Assembly (NCBI GenBank): GCA_963702025.1
Contig: OY969699.1
Span: forward strand, 864,001-928,000
Origin: an uncultured bacterium
GTDB lineage: Bacteria > Babelota > Babeliae > Babelales > Vermiphilaceae
Reading direction: 5' to 3'
DNA: 64,000 bases
Notes under the pieces: model-generated
Seen by the model: the letters and a program-made list of their open reading frames with translations, nothing else
Database searches by the model: none
What the model was told of the DNA's origin: nothing
In this document: piece after piece, positions 18,648 to 29,329 of the stretch
Numbering within the stretch: position 1 is the stretch's first letter
How the letters are laid out: the number at the start of each line of letters is the position of its first letter
Position numbers and translations under genes: made by a program

Positions 18648-19567
18648 ACGGTTCTTTTATTTTTTAATTGGCTGTGTATCGGATGAATAGTGTCACAGAG
18701 TTTAGATAAATCCTCAAGATTTACATGAGTATATTTTTCCGTGCTGGCTAACGTTTTATGGCCTAAGAGTTCTTGAATGGTGCGCAGATCCACACCTTGA
18801 TTGAGCAAATGGGTGGCAAATGAATGGCGTATTTTATGGGGGGTGATGCGGCGTTCGAATTTTAAAAATGAGCGAAACATTTCAAAAATGCGTTGAACGC
18901 TTCTCACGGTGAGTGCCTCATCACGGTTATTTAAGAAGAGATGTTCGGCGGGTGATCCCGGTTTTTGCCGTTCCTTTTCAAGATATTGCGTCAGTTTTGC
19001 TTGCGCCTTTTGCCCAAACAACACAATCCGTTCTTTCCTTCCTTTGCCCCGAATGCGGATTGTTTTATTCAGTAAATCGAGGTCTTTAAATTGAATGCCC
19101 ACCAATTCCGAGCAGCGGATGCCCGTAGCATAGAGCAGCTCAAAAATTGCTTTATCACGTAACGGCTTTTTAGTTGGCATTTTGTCATCAGCGATAGTGT
19201 CTAATAGAAAAAATATTTCATCGACACTTAAATACACCGGTAGTTTTTTATCAAGTCGCGGACGTTGTAATTTAAGTTTGAGTATGATCCCTTGTGATTG
19301 CAAAAATTTTTCAAATGTTTTAAAACAAGAAAATTTGCGCGCAATGGTCGCCTTATCAATTTTTTTATGAAACAGATTTACCAGATAACGCTCGATAATC
19401 TGGCGTGGCGCTAAATGATCTTTATCTTGTTGCGGTAATGAATCCCAGAATAAAAAAAATTGTTTTAAATCGCTTTCATAAGCGCGAAGCGTATGATCGG
19501 AAAGATTTTTTTCCACTTTGAGAAACGCGATAAAATCTTTTTTATAATTTTGCAATTGCTGGTACAT
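18644..19567 (-). CDS. xerC: Tyrosine recombinase XerC/XerD
   Basis: LLYATGIRCSEL, GKGRKER, PHKIRHSFATHLL, LLGH, TEKYTHV; TAATG overlap with ridA. Confidence 0.85.
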   Translation of the reverse strand: MYQQLQNYKKDFIAFLKVEKNLSDHTLRAYESDLKQFFLFWDSLPQQDKDHLAPRQIIERYLVNLFHKKIDKATIARKFSCFKTFEKFLQSQGIILKLKLQRPRLDKKLPVYLSVDEIFFLLDTIADDKMPTKKPLRDKAIFELLYATGIRCSELVGIQFKDLDLLNKTIRIRGKGRKERIVLFGQKAQAKLTQYLEKERQKPGSPAEHLFLNNRDEALTVRSVQRIFEMFRSFLKFERRITPHKIRHSFATHLLNQGVDLRTIQELLGHKTLASTEKYTHVNLEDLSKLCDTIHPIHSQLKNKRTV

Positions 19568-19935
19568 TAACATGCAATACACTCAATTTCAATCAATGCA
19601 TTTTTGGGCAATCGTGATACGGCAATGCAACTGCGTGCGGGCCGGTGATCAGCAAAATAGTCGCCATAAATTATATTTACCGTATTAAAATCATCCATAT
19701 TAGTTAAAAAAATTGTAGTTTTCACAACATTTTTTAATGTTTTATTATCAACGGCAAGTATAGCTTGGATATTTTTAAAAATTTGATGTGTTTGTGCATC
19801 AACGGTTTGGGCAAGAATCATTGATGCGGGCTCAAGTCCAAGTTGTCCACTTAAAAAGATGAAGCCGTTGATGCCAATTGCTTGGCTGTAGGGGCCGATT
19901 GCAGCCGGCGCTTGTGCCGATTGTATAATTTTCAT
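19567..19935 (-). CDS. ridA: RidA family enamine/imine deaminase
   Basis: APAAIGPYSQA, SGQ, VVKTTIFL, PARS, LPKNALIEIE. Confidence 0.92.
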   Translation of the reverse strand: MKIIQSAQAPAAIGPYSQAIGINGFIFLSGQLGLEPASMILAQTVDAQTHQIFKNIQAILAVDNKTLKNVVKTTIFLTNMDDFNTVNIIYGDYFADHRPARSCIAVSRLPKNALIEIECIAC

Positions 19936-20150
19936 AATTCTCTTTCATGGTATGAATTACAAAAGATCATACAAAAAAGATATGCGAATCGTCTAGCTAA
20001 AGCTGAGAATTCAATAGACTTCTTCTTCAAATGCCTTTTCTTGCGGGAGCGCTTTGGTTGCGTGCAGGCCAATGACCACCCAAAATAATCAACATAAATC
20101 ACATTGGCTAGCATAGAATTATCCATGTTTGTGAGAAAGATGGTAATGCG

Positions 20151-21668
20151 TTATCTATTTTTTAAGAATTCAAAGAGCCGCTCTACTTTTGTTTTTTCAC
20201 CTTCTTGCTTTTTTTCTTTAGAAAGCCAATCTTTAATGATCTCTTCAACAATTTGGTTTAGTTCTTGTTTATATTTCGTTTCAGAGGCGAGAGCTTTTTC
20301 AGGATTTATATGCGGTGTTTTATAAGTAATAATCTTTACTATTTCGGGGTCCATGAGCATTGAATATTTTAAATAGATTCGTGCCTGAACTTCATCCATA
20401 ATAGTCAAGGGAATTTGGCCAGGGTTATCTTTTAAAATACTAAGATATTTTCGAGCGCTTGGCCTGCCAAGGTGAGAGTCATATATTGCTTGTTCTAAAT
20501 GAATTCGCTTTTTGTTGATCGTCTCCTTCAGCTTTTTCGATAAATCTTGGTAATCTATAATGGAAGGATTATTAATATAGAGTTCTTGTAATTCATCATC
20601 TTCACGAGAGTTTGGATTTATGTCGTCGTGAAAAGAAAAAAAACTGCCACATGGTTCAGCTAGATAGACAAGGTTATCTACAACGGAGGGATGAATAAAA
20701 ATTTGACAAAGCACTCCCAGTTTTGTTTCATTTTCTTTTTCAGAGTAAACATGTTTATAACTAATTTCTGATATATAATCAGTATGAATTTTGATTAGTG
20801 CCTTAATAAATTTTGTATTAAAATCAAAATATTTAAAAAATTTTTCTAATTCCAATTCTAGGGAGGTATCCCTTCGGCTGTTTGCGGTAACAAAATAATA
20901 CCAAGAGTTTTCATGTCTTCGTTCTATGTTTCCAAATAATGAAAGATTTGCGGATAATAAATTGGTACGCACTGATGTTAAATGATCAAAGGCTTGTCGG
21001 GCTCCGGCAGATTGGCAGAGAGTCATAGCATCTTGTACCGTCTTTGCTGAGGGATTATGCTTCATCGAAGATTCATAAAGATCATCTTTTTGAAGATCGC
21101 TTTTTAAATATGCATCAATCGTTTCATATTCTTGAGTATTGTTTGAAAATAACCGCAAAAATTTAGTCTGTTCATTGGGTTTCTCTAATTTCATCCATCC
21201 ATACAATGTATGCATAATATCATGAATTAGTGTGAGTGCGCCTTTTTGGCCATGATAAAAAACATTATAATTCCAATTTTTTTTTTCTGTATCTAAAATT
21301 TGTTTCGCAAGAGTTTTATATTGAGATTCCCTAGATTTTATAGTTGCTATATATTTAGGAGTTGATAAAGCGCCGATTATTCCTGAAATTGCTAAGTTTA
21401 CATATTCTTCAGTAGTTTTTCCCGGACCAAAATAAGTCTCTAAATGAGCTAATGATTGCGTATTAATATCTGCTGGCATGAGTTGCGGTATAATTTGTTC
21501 TTTTTTAGCAAAACGAGATTTCAATTCTTTAAGTAACGCAATTCGTTGTTTAACCTGCGTCCATAATTCTTCTGCTGTTCGCGGTTGTATTTGTCTAGGC
21601 AACGGTTTTTCCATAGCAATTATTGGCATGACTATCAATACGATACTGATTGCAAATCTTAAATTCAT
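20151..21668 (-). CDS. Secreted hypothetical protein
   Basis: 505-aa ORF, signal peptide ..IIA-MEK, GGAG RBS. Confidence 0.75.
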   Translation of the reverse strand: MNLRFAISIVLIVMPIIAMEKPLPRQIQPRTAEELWTQVKQRIALLKELKSRFAKKEQIIPQLMPADINTQSLAHLETYFGPGKTTEEYVNLAISGIIGALSTPKYIATIKSRESQYKTLAKQILDTEKKNWNYNVFYHGQKGALTLIHDIMHTLYGWMKLEKPNEQTKFLRLFSNNTQEYETIDAYLKSDLQKDDLYESSMKHNPSAKTVQDAMTLCQSAGARQAFDHLTSVRTNLLSANLSLFGNIERRHENSWYYFVTANSRRDTSLELELEKFFKYFDFNTKFIKALIKIHTDYISEISYKHVYSEKENETKLGVLCQIFIHPSVVDNLVYLAEPCGSFFSFHDDINPNSREDDELQELYINNPSIIDYQDLSKKLKETINKKRIHLEQAIYDSHLGRPSARKYLSILKDNPGQIPLTIMDEVQARIYLKYSMLMDPEIVKIITYKTPHINPEKALASETKYKQELNQIVEEIIKDWLSKEKKQEGEKTKVERLFEFLKNR

Positions 21669-21685
21669 ATATCACTCACTCCTTC

Positions 21686-22513
21686 TTATGATCCTTCAGG
21701 ATACACATCTTCTTCAGATTCCACAAAAGCTTCTCTTTCAGGTAATGCATTAATTTCCTTGCTTAGCTCATTGATCTGTTCTTTAAGTTGTTCATTGCTA
21801 AAGTTCTTATTTTCTTCAAGCCACCAAAGTGCCTTTTTTCTATCTTTATAATATCGGCGAGAGATACGTGGCCACACCCGTGTTTCATAGACTTTAAAAA
21901 CACTTTTATCTTCTTCCGGCCAGTTCACATAAGCACTGCGATCTAATTTTTCATTTAATGCAACCTCAGCAATGCCCAAAAAGGTGCTGTACCGTTCATA
22001 AAAATCCATTAACTGATAAAAAAATTCGATATCATTATTCGAATAGCCAAAAAGTTTCCCCGATAAATACCAGTTGGTGCTAAAATCATTAGTTTGTATT
22101 CCGCGAAGATGGTCTTCGAGACTTGATTTTGCTTGCAGCAGGGCATTGCGTTCCCCATGAGGCCTATAGGCATACACGTTATTGCCTTTGCCGCCAAAAA
22201 AAGAATTATAGTCAGGTTCCAATACGCTGATGTTGCTCTCTTTAAATAATTTTTTTAATGCCGGATCTATGGTAGCCAGAGATTCTTTTGTCGTGTAAAC
22301 GTGATCCCTATAGCCGACCAGAAGGCAGGCAATTTCCGCATTGGGATCATAAGGTGGGGTAATTGTTTCTTTATTAAGACCCCTGCGGCAGTCTGGCGTA
22401 AGGTTATATTGTACCTTTAGGGCCTCAATTTCCGTGTCGGTCTGCGGAACTTCCATGCCAAGTAATGGCAGAAATAAAAATGCGGTTATTATACTTATTC
22501 TTATGGTTTTCAT
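21686..22513 (-). CDS. Secreted hypothetical protein
   Basis: Signal peptide ..LLG-MEV, GAGG RBS. Confidence 0.75.
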   Translation of the reverse strand: MKTIRISIITAFLFLPLLGMEVPQTDTEIEALKVQYNLTPDCRRGLNKETITPPYDPNAEIACLLVGYRDHVYTTKESLATIDPALKKLFKESNISVLEPDYNSFFGGKGNNVYAYRPHGERNALLQAKSSLEDHLRGIQTNDFSTNWYLSGKLFGYSNNDIEFFYQLMDFYERYSTFLGIAEVALNEKLDRSAYVNWPEEDKSVFKVYETRVWPRISRRYYKDRKKALWWLEENKNFSNEQLKEQINELSKEINALPEREAFVESEEDVYPEGS

Positions 22514-22752
22514 ATGGTTACCTCTTTGTAATTATTTCATAATATAAGTGTACTAAATATAGTTTATTAAAATCAATGATATTTTCAGATAGAATGCGAA
22601 TTTGGATGTTTTTTGTGAAAAAAGGGCTTTATTATAAGGTTTTTTATTGGTAGGGAATAATAGATCTCATGCGTAATAAGCAGGTGTAAAATTAAATTAT
22701 CAAAAATCCATTCGTGGTGTTGTCGATTGCGCATAAGGGTATAATGTACCGA

Positions 22753-23280
22753 CTATATTTGATGTGAAATTTCGCGAAGAAATGTTCGGACTGCTTTATC
22801 TCTGCTTAATTTAGATTCCATTCTTTTGTTGTAATAGCGTCCTTTATAAATATTTTTTATTCCCGCATACGTTAAACCGGTCGAAATTAGAATAGCTGGG
22901 AGTTTTATACGCTCACAATATTTTTGATCCAATTTATATAACCCGTAACAGAGACCTGCTGATGCAGTTAGTTCTGTAATTCCCAGCAGTATTTTATCCG
23001 GCGCAAAAAGTTTTTCTGCTTTAGAACCATTATGCTCACGCTTAACTATTGATTGTTCAATAAGGTCTAAATATTGGCTATTGTTAGAAATAAGATTCGC
23101 CATAATTTTTTCATTTTCTTGAGTTGATTTATTTTTTTTGAGGATGAGGTCGTATAGTTTGTATCGCGAATAAAATTTATTAATGATAACTAAATCTTTA
23201 ATGCTTTCCAGCAGTGGCTTTCCTGCATGTGCCGAACTAAAAATAAATAAAAAAAGTGGCGTATATATAATCTTGTTCAT
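22753..23280 (-). CDS. Hypothetical exported/membrane protein
   Basis: AGGAG RBS, AHA signal cleavage site, two hydrophobic segments. Confidence 0.7.
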   Translation of the reverse strand: MNKIIYTPLFLFIFSSAHAGKPLLESIKDLVIINKFYSRYKLYDLILKKNKSTQENEKIMANLISNNSQYLDLIEQSIVKREHNGSKAEKLFAPDKILLGITELTASAGLCYGLYKLDQKYCERIKLPAILISTGLTYAGIKNIYKGRYYNKRMESKLSRDKAVRTFLREISHQI

Positions 23281-23415
23281 AAAACTCCTGTAACGTGATG
23301 CATCTTAAATTTTTAGATCCAATATAATTTATCAGTTTAATTTACATTGACAAGCATCATGGAAATTGCGATATTGGCCAAAGTGTTTTTTAACATATCT
23401 AACCAGGTCGATACA

Positions 23416-24519
23416 ATGAACAAAAAATTTTATGCATCACTCATTATTACTGCTTGTTTTACACTTAATGGGATGGATAGCAAGATTGAAAAAGAAAAAC
23501 TTGAAACCAAGAATCTCCAAATTCTAGAGACTGAACCTATTTATCGCAATGAAAATAATGTCGACAATAACAATGCTGTTAGTAGTCAGATTATTGATCT
23601 TATTAAAACGTTAGATGGAAAAGAAAAAGATTTTCACATGCCTGATTTGCAATTGCTTCCTACGCAAGGAATAGCGCAATTATATGATTCATTTACCATA
23701 AAAGAATCACTCGATAGTTGTTCACAGGAGCTTTTGGAGACAATAAATGCTATGGCGCAAGGGAAAAAAGGCATAAACCCATTGACACGGGCACTCCTCA
23801 TTGGGCCTCCTGGTAGCGGAAAAAGTTCTTTAGCGCGCGTAATCGCATATAAATGTAAAAGAGAATATCTATTTTTAAAAGCCTCTTCATTGGGGAATGA
23901 ATACAGAAATTCTTCGGTAAAAATTATTGATAAAATATTCGATCCTTTATTGAAATCTAAAATATCTGTGGCGATAATATTGGATGAAATTAATTCGTTC
24001 ACTAAGCAGTTTGGTAACGAAAATGATACTGATCGTGGTGTTGAGCATCTCTGGACAAAGCTCGATGAATGTAATCAAAATCCAGAATTAATGATTATTG
24101 CTACGGCCAATTCAACGAAGCAAATACCATTTACGATTAAAGATAGGTTTTCCGGAAGCATATTTTATATACCGCTACCAGATGATAATGTTCGGGCACG
24201 ATTTTTTGTAAATTATTTTTCGGATTACGCAACATTTGAGCAAAGGCACTTGCAATCTTTAGTTGAACGCACAGACTCTTTCAGTTTCAGAGAGCTAGAG
24301 AAGCTATTCCTTGCAGCAAAAAATAAGGCGATTTTTAGAAAAAAGGATGATAATAAGTTAATAATAACCGAATATGACATTGAATATGTTCTTATGACAC
24401 TCTTAAGGGAGCATAAACAAAAATGTTCAGAAGAAAATGCCAAAAATTTTAATGAGAAATTGGAAAACATTTTAATAGATACTATCTTCCGCTTGTTAAT
24501 CTTGCCATATCCCATTTGA
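23416..24519 (+). CDS. Classic AAA ATPase with signal peptide (possibly N-terminal part of a split gene)
   Basis: GPPGSGKS, IILDEI, IATAN, DRF; signal ..LNG-MD. Confidence 0.85.
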   Translation: MNKKFYASLIITACFTLNGMDSKIEKEKLETKNLQILETEPIYRNENNVDNNNAVSSQIIDLIKTLDGKEKDFHMPDLQLLPTQGIAQLYDSFTIKESLDSCSQELLETINAMAQGKKGINPLTRALLIGPPGSGKSSLARVIAYKCKREYLFLKASSLGNEYRNSSVKIIDKIFDPLLKSKISVAIILDEINSFTKQFGNENDTDRGVEHLWTKLDECNQNPELMIIATANSTKQIPFTIKDRFSGSIFYIPLPDDNVRARFFVNYFSDYATFEQRHLQSLVERTDSFSFRELEKLFLAAKNKAIFRKKDDNKLIITEYDIEYVLMTLLREHKQKCSEENAKNFNEKLENILIDTIFRLLILPYPI

Positions 24520-24917
24520 TACAAGTATTGGGTCATCTTGATCAACGAACGCTAACTAAAGTATACCAATCGGTATGCTTAGCCCTTCAAAGCAAAAGCG
24601 CACAAGATTCTCTTGCTTTGCAAAAAGTGGGGCAAGAACTAACATTAATGCAAAATGAGAATCACTATGAAAGAACATATGACCAAAACGAAAGACACTA
24701 TAAGGAAACAACTGCCGTACAAGAAAAGAATCGCGCGGAAGATGTAGTAAGAACGGAACGGCATCAAAAAGAATCGCTTGCTCAGCAGGATAAGTGGGAA
24801 AAGATAAAATTAGGGGTTAATGTTGTGACTACTATTGCTACTTCTTTTTCGCCGTTAGGAGCTATTAATAAAGCTTTGGATATGGCAAATAGACTTGCTA
24901 ATTATTTTTTTAAATAA
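24516..24917 (+). CDS. Coiled-coil ORF, probable frameshifted C-terminus of the AAA gene
   Basis: TTG start without RBS; frame open from about 24456. Confidence 0.5.
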   Translation: MIQVLGHLDQRTLTKVYQSVCLALQSKSAQDSLALQKVGQELTLMQNENHYERTYDQNERHYKETTAVQEKNRAEDVVRTERHQKESLAQQDKWEKIKLGVNVVTTIATSFSPLGAINKALDMANRLANYFFK

Positions 24918-24927
24918 AAAGGAAAAT

Positions 24928-27900
24928 ATGGCTCTTCATAGGTTTCTCACAGTATTAATTTTCTTTCTCACAACAACAAATGGAATGGAGAAAGTTAATA
25001 CCTTTAAGCAAGCGGCTTTTTTTCAAGCGATAATTAATAAAGAGATTGCAAAAATTGTCTATAGCGGCGACTACTCATTTAAAAATGCGAATAGCAATCT
25101 CCTTGTAACAGGATTGCAGTGCATACAAAATTCACTTAATATGCCTAAAGAATTAACCGCAAACAGAACAAGTTGTATTGTAATTGATAATTGCTCAAAA
25201 TCGGCTACAAATACTTTTTCGCTTTCGGGATATTCTGACCCGCAGAAGCTTACCTCATCATCGAATCATGGAGTTGGGACACCTATCTTTGGCCGAATGA
25301 GCTGGTTGCCGCCATCATTAGCTGCTTATAAGAGCAAGGGTTTTTTATATCCTGAAAAAATAATGGAAATTCGCTCAAAGATGATCGGTTATGAAATTAA
25401 TCATGCTATAAATGCCCTTCGTAGATTTGAAAGTAATTGCAAAAACATAAAGTCATCTGTTGATTTTATAAATGCAATAAGGGAGCTCAAAGATTTAAGT
25501 AAGTTGACCATTTCCGTTCCATGGTTTAATAATTTCCTTAAAGAAACAGTTAATAAATTGCAAAAAGAAACAAGCACTGCTAATGGATTTCTTAAACCTA
25601 TTACAACCAACGCAAAAAAAGTAGCAGATATTATTGATAATTTCCAACAAAGAACAATTAAGTGGTGCCATGATTATAACGATAGTTTGTGGGATATGGG
25701 CTGCAAAGCTATCGATTGGATTGATGGGGACCATGGTATTATCTCGCAATGTTATTGTGATGTGCAAAAATTTTGGGATCTGTATGGCGAGCAGCTAAAA
25801 AATAAACCTGCACATGACATTGTCTATGCAGGTCCATGGGGCTGGGAATTCACTGAAATTGCACCTTCCCCTTACGATGCCCAATTTCAACAAAAAATTG
25901 CTGAGAACCCTCAAAGCAAAGCTTTTTTGACTTTAGCTAAACTTGCATCAGAAAAAGATTGGCAAAAGATAGAAAGCTTTGCTCTTGAAACAAAAAATAG
26001 CCCGGGCTACTCAAAAGAATTTCAAAAATTTTATTCTGAAATTTTTAATCACAATTTTAACGATCAACGTCTTAATAAAAATCTTATCCGTGAAAATGAT
26101 CCGTTTTGTCAGCAAAGTTTAAAAGAATTGCCTCGATTAAAGCCAAATGATATAATGCCAACTGCTCATCCGGTTAACCAAAAGTTGGCTGAGCGTGTTG
26201 AAATATATGACACCCTAATGCAAAAATTGGGCATCGAAAGTCCGAGCAAAGAGATACAAACTGTGCTTTATAATTTAGTTGATGTCCTGCAAAAAAATGA
26301 TCCGCAAGAATTTGTAAATATCTTAATCTCTCAACTCAGCTGTGATCATGCCGATCCAGCGATAAGAAATCTTTATAATAAAATTCATACTGACGGCTTG
26401 TGTAACCTGCTTACCTATAATAATCCGGCAACTACTATAAGAATGAGTGAGCAAATTGGATTAAAACGGTATGAAAAGGAACGAACACTCCTTTTTAATC
26501 TGGCAACATGCTCCATTGATTCTCCTGCTAAAGAAACTCATGTAACAACGGCACTTAATTATTTGAAACAGGGTATTGGTAATGATCCTCTAGCAAAAGA
26601 ATATCTCACGCTGGCTCATGCTACCGGCAATGCGCTTTTATCTCCCGAAGGTAACCAAGCGGTCTTGAATTTGGCCGATTATAGCCAAGTGCCGACCAAT
26701 GATCAACAAAGAATAATTCATACAGCAGCAACCAAAATAATTGCCGATAACCTTGAGGTTATATCCGAAAATGATAATTCGGAATTGTGCGCGAACTCAA
26801 CCAACTTTAAAGCACTCGAAAAAATAGATGCGGCATATAAAGCAATGTTGGAAGGCAATCTTCTTGCTCAAGATTATCTGGATCAAGTATTGCTCTATGG
26901 GTCTGCCAACGAAACTAGCTTAAACATTGATTTTGGTGGACCGAGCCAAAGTTGCATACAAATTGATGCTGAACTAAAAAAATTAGCCCGTGAGGCAATC
27001 TATAGCAACACCGTTTCAAAAGAGTTTCAACAACTTTTCACTAAAGATTTTTTCAATAATTTCACTGACCAGGGATTTGATAAGTATTTAGTTCGAGAAA
27101 ATGATCCTTTTTATCAAAAGCTTAAGAATGAATTACCGTCGCAAAGGCTTGAAAATATACCGACAGCTTGTGCATATAACCAACAACTTGTCCAACGAAA
27201 TAGCATTTATGACAATATAGTCAAAAAGTTTGCAATCGAAAATCTAAGCAAAGAAGTACAAGCTGTACTTTATACATGGGTTGATAAAATCCAAAATAAC
27301 AATTGTCATGATCTAGGAAAACTAATAGTTTCTCAACTCAGCAGCGATCATGCCGAGCTGGCAATCAGGGATCTTTATAATAAAGTTCATACTGACGGGT
27401 TGTGCAATTTGTTTACCTACAATAACCCGGGAACAACGATAAAAATCGGTGAACAAATCGGATTGCAAAAACATGAAAAAGAACGAGCATTACTTTACAA
27501 CCTTGCAACATGCACCATTGCTTCTCCTGCCAAAGAGGCACTCGTAACAACCGCTCTTAACTATTTGAAACAAGGTATTAGTAATGATCCCTTGGCAAAA
27601 GAATATCTTACGTTGGCTCATGCGACCGGCAATGCGCTTTTATCACCGGGTGCCAATCGAGCAGTATTGAATTTAGCTGACTATAGCAAGGCGCCAATCG
27701 ACCCGCAACAAAAAGCGATCCATGCAGAGGTAACCAAAATAATTGCCGACAATCTTGAGGCTATTTTAGCAGGTAAAAGCTCGCCTTCTTCCAAATTAAC
27801 CGGCATACAGGCGATTCGAAAAGTTGATGCTGCTTACAAAGCAATGCGGCAAGGAAATCCTCAGGCGCAAGATTATCTTGAGCGGGCCTTATTGGTAAAC

Positions 27901-29322
27901 GGTGTTAATCAAAATGTGCTTAGTGTCGATTTTGATAAGCAAGCCGAACTCTTCAAAGAAATGGGAGTAGATAGAGTTGTTAATGAAATTGCTCGGATGA
28001 AAACGACCAATGAAAATCTGCAACAGTATGGCATTAAAATATGTAAAGAAATTGAAATTGACTATAAAATAACCCAGTTCATGGTAGAAAATAATTTGAC
28101 ATTAGAAAGATACACTCAATTCTATGGCAATGAATTACAGCATAAGATTCATGACGGCACGATTAAAATTATTTACGCAACATATGATTTGGTAAAAAAC
28201 CGGTCAATCGAAAGATTAGACAAATTCATGCTGGACAACATCAAAGACACCGTTTTACAAACCAATGATCTTGCGCTAAGTCATAATGTTGTGGGTGATG
28301 TTCAACAAGCGGCGGTGCTTTCTAATTTCTGTTGGCAAATTATCGATTTTGCCGAACGGGCAGTGAATTTGTCCGGGGAAATTGGTTTGGCTGCCGGCCG
28401 AGGCATCATCTCGGGGGTGCAAGAAAAAGCGATAGATCTTTATCACATTGCATCCGATCCGGTTGGCGCTGCTAAAGGATTGGTGACCTCTTTAGGGAAT
28501 CTCTGCGTTGTGGGGCAACAGTTGGTTGAGCAAAATAGAAAAATGCATGAGCTGCTTTTAGCAAGCCCAATGAAAACGCCATTCCCGGCTCTTATAGAAA
28601 TGAACAAGCAGAGCAGTGAACTCTTTAACTCGGTAATTGATTTTGCCAAACGGGAGGGAATAACCGGCATTGTTGAAAAAAGTGCCCACCTAGGCACAAC
28701 CACGGCGCTTGACACGGTACTCATCAGCAAAGGAGCTACGGTTCTTAATAAGGTTGCAAAAGTTGCCAGTAGCTCCAAAATGGGCGAATTCTTACAAAAA
28801 ATAACAAATGCGGCTAACGCAACAGAAATTGAAGCGGTTACGGCTGAAGGAATTAGCGCAAAAGTTGCTCAAAATGCTGAAAATTCTTTACTTAGTGAAG
28901 CAAGAGATGCTTCGGTAGCCTCGGTGCGCAGGGAACAAATATTACCAAAGTTTGATACTTATGAGCAAGCTAGAAATAAGGCTTTGGAAATAATAGGAGA
29001 TGTTAATCCCCATTCTGCAATGCCAATAATTGGAAAACAAGGTGTATGCAAGGGTAAAATTGTTGGCCAGCAGTGGTGTAACGGTAAAGTTACTTTAAGA
29101 ATAGATCATGATCTGCTTAAGGGGCCTCATATTAATATAACAGATTTTCGTGTGGCAAAAGGTTTAGATGGAATCGCAATAGCTATCCCCTTTAATGGAG
29201 ATGCTCAAACTATAAATTCATTACTAAAACACTTGAATACGCCGGCAAGCCTTTCGGCTGCAAAAGCAATTCTTCAAAAAAATGGGAAACTGGATTATTT
29301 CAATAAACTAATAGGAAACTAA
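24928..29322 (+). CDS. Large secreted polymorphic toxin with internal duplication and CdiA-CT-like C-terminal domain
   Basis: Signal ..TNG-MEK; ~310-aa duplication; C-terminus YEQARNKAL...LRIDHDLLKGPHINITDF...IPF. Confidence 0.75.
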   Translation: MALHRFLTVLIFFLTTTNGMEKVNTFKQAAFFQAIINKEIAKIVYSGDYSFKNANSNLLVTGLQCIQNSLNMPKELTANRTSCIVIDNCSKSATNTFSLSGYSDPQKLTSSSNHGVGTPIFGRMSWLPPSLAAYKSKGFLYPEKIMEIRSKMIGYEINHAINALRRFESNCKNIKSSVDFINAIRELKDLSKLTISVPWFNNFLKETVNKLQKETSTANGFLKPITTNAKKVADIIDNFQQRTIKWCHDYNDSLWDMGCKAIDWIDGDHGIISQCYCDVQKFWDLYGEQLKNKPAHDIVYAGPWGWEFTEIAPSPYDAQFQQKIAENPQSKAFLTLAKLASEKDWQKIESFALETKNSPGYSKEFQKFYSEIFNHNFNDQRLNKNLIRENDPFCQQSLKELPRLKPNDIMPTAHPVNQKLAERVEIYDTLMQKLGIESPSKEIQTVLYNLVDVLQKNDPQEFVNILISQLSCDHADPAIRNLYNKIHTDGLCNLLTYNNPATTIRMSEQIGLKRYEKERTLLFNLATCSIDSPAKETHVTTALNYLKQGIGNDPLAKEYLTLAHATGNALLSPEGNQAVLNLADYSQVPTNDQQRIIHTAATKIIADNLEVISENDNSELCANSTNFKALEKIDAAYKAMLEGNLLAQDYLDQVLLYGSANETSLNIDFGGPSQSCIQIDAELKKLAREAIYSNTVSKEFQQLFTKDFFNNFTDQGFDKYLVRENDPFYQKLKNELPSQRLENIPTACAYNQQLVQRNSIYDNIVKKFAIENLSKEVQAVLYTWVDKIQNNNCHDLGKLIVSQLSSDHAELAIRDLYNKVHTDGLCNLFTYNNPGTTIKIGEQIGLQKHEKERALLYNLATCTIASPAKEALVTTALNYLKQGISNDPLAKEYLTLAHATGNALLSPGANRAVLNLADYSKAPIDPQQKAIHAEVTKIIADNLEAILAGKSSPSSKLTGIQAIRKVDAAYKAMRQGNPQAQDYLERALLVNGVNQNVLSVDFDKQAELFKEMGVDRVVNEIARMKTTNENLQQYGIKICKEIEIDYKITQFMVENNLTLERYTQFYGNELQHKIHDGTIKIIYATYDLVKNRSIERLDKFMLDNIKDTVLQTNDLALSHNVVGDVQQAAVLSNFCWQIIDFAERAVNLSGEIGLAAGRGIISGVQEKAIDLYHIASDPVGAAKGLVTSLGNLCVVGQQLVEQNRKMHELLLASPMKTPFPALIEMNKQSSELFNSVIDFAKREGITGIVEKSAHLGTTTALDTVLISKGATVLNKVAKVASSSKMGEFLQKITNAANATEIEAVTAEGISAKVAQNAENSLLSEARDASVASVRREQILPKFDTYEQARNKALEIIGDVNPHSAMPIIGKQGVCKGKIVGQQWCNGKVTLRIDHDLLKGPHINITDFRVAKGLDGIAIAIPFNGDAQTINSLLKHLNTPASLSAAKAILQKNGKLDYFNKLIGN

Positions 29323-29329
29323 GGACCAT

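Noticed and set aside
18644..19567. Tyrosine recombinase as a phage or island integrase
   Set aside because: Size and motifs fit housekeeping XerC/D; it is embedded in an operon with ridA and mrdA, with no att repeats or phage genes
19932..20126. 64-aa minus-strand ORF upstream of ridA
   Set aside because: No recognisable motif or clear RBS; cannot be supported, although not excluded
24441..24453. A-AAT-TTT slippery heptamer as a programmed -1 frameshift joining the AAA gene to the next ORF
   Set aside because: The -1 frame hits TAA immediately after the heptamer
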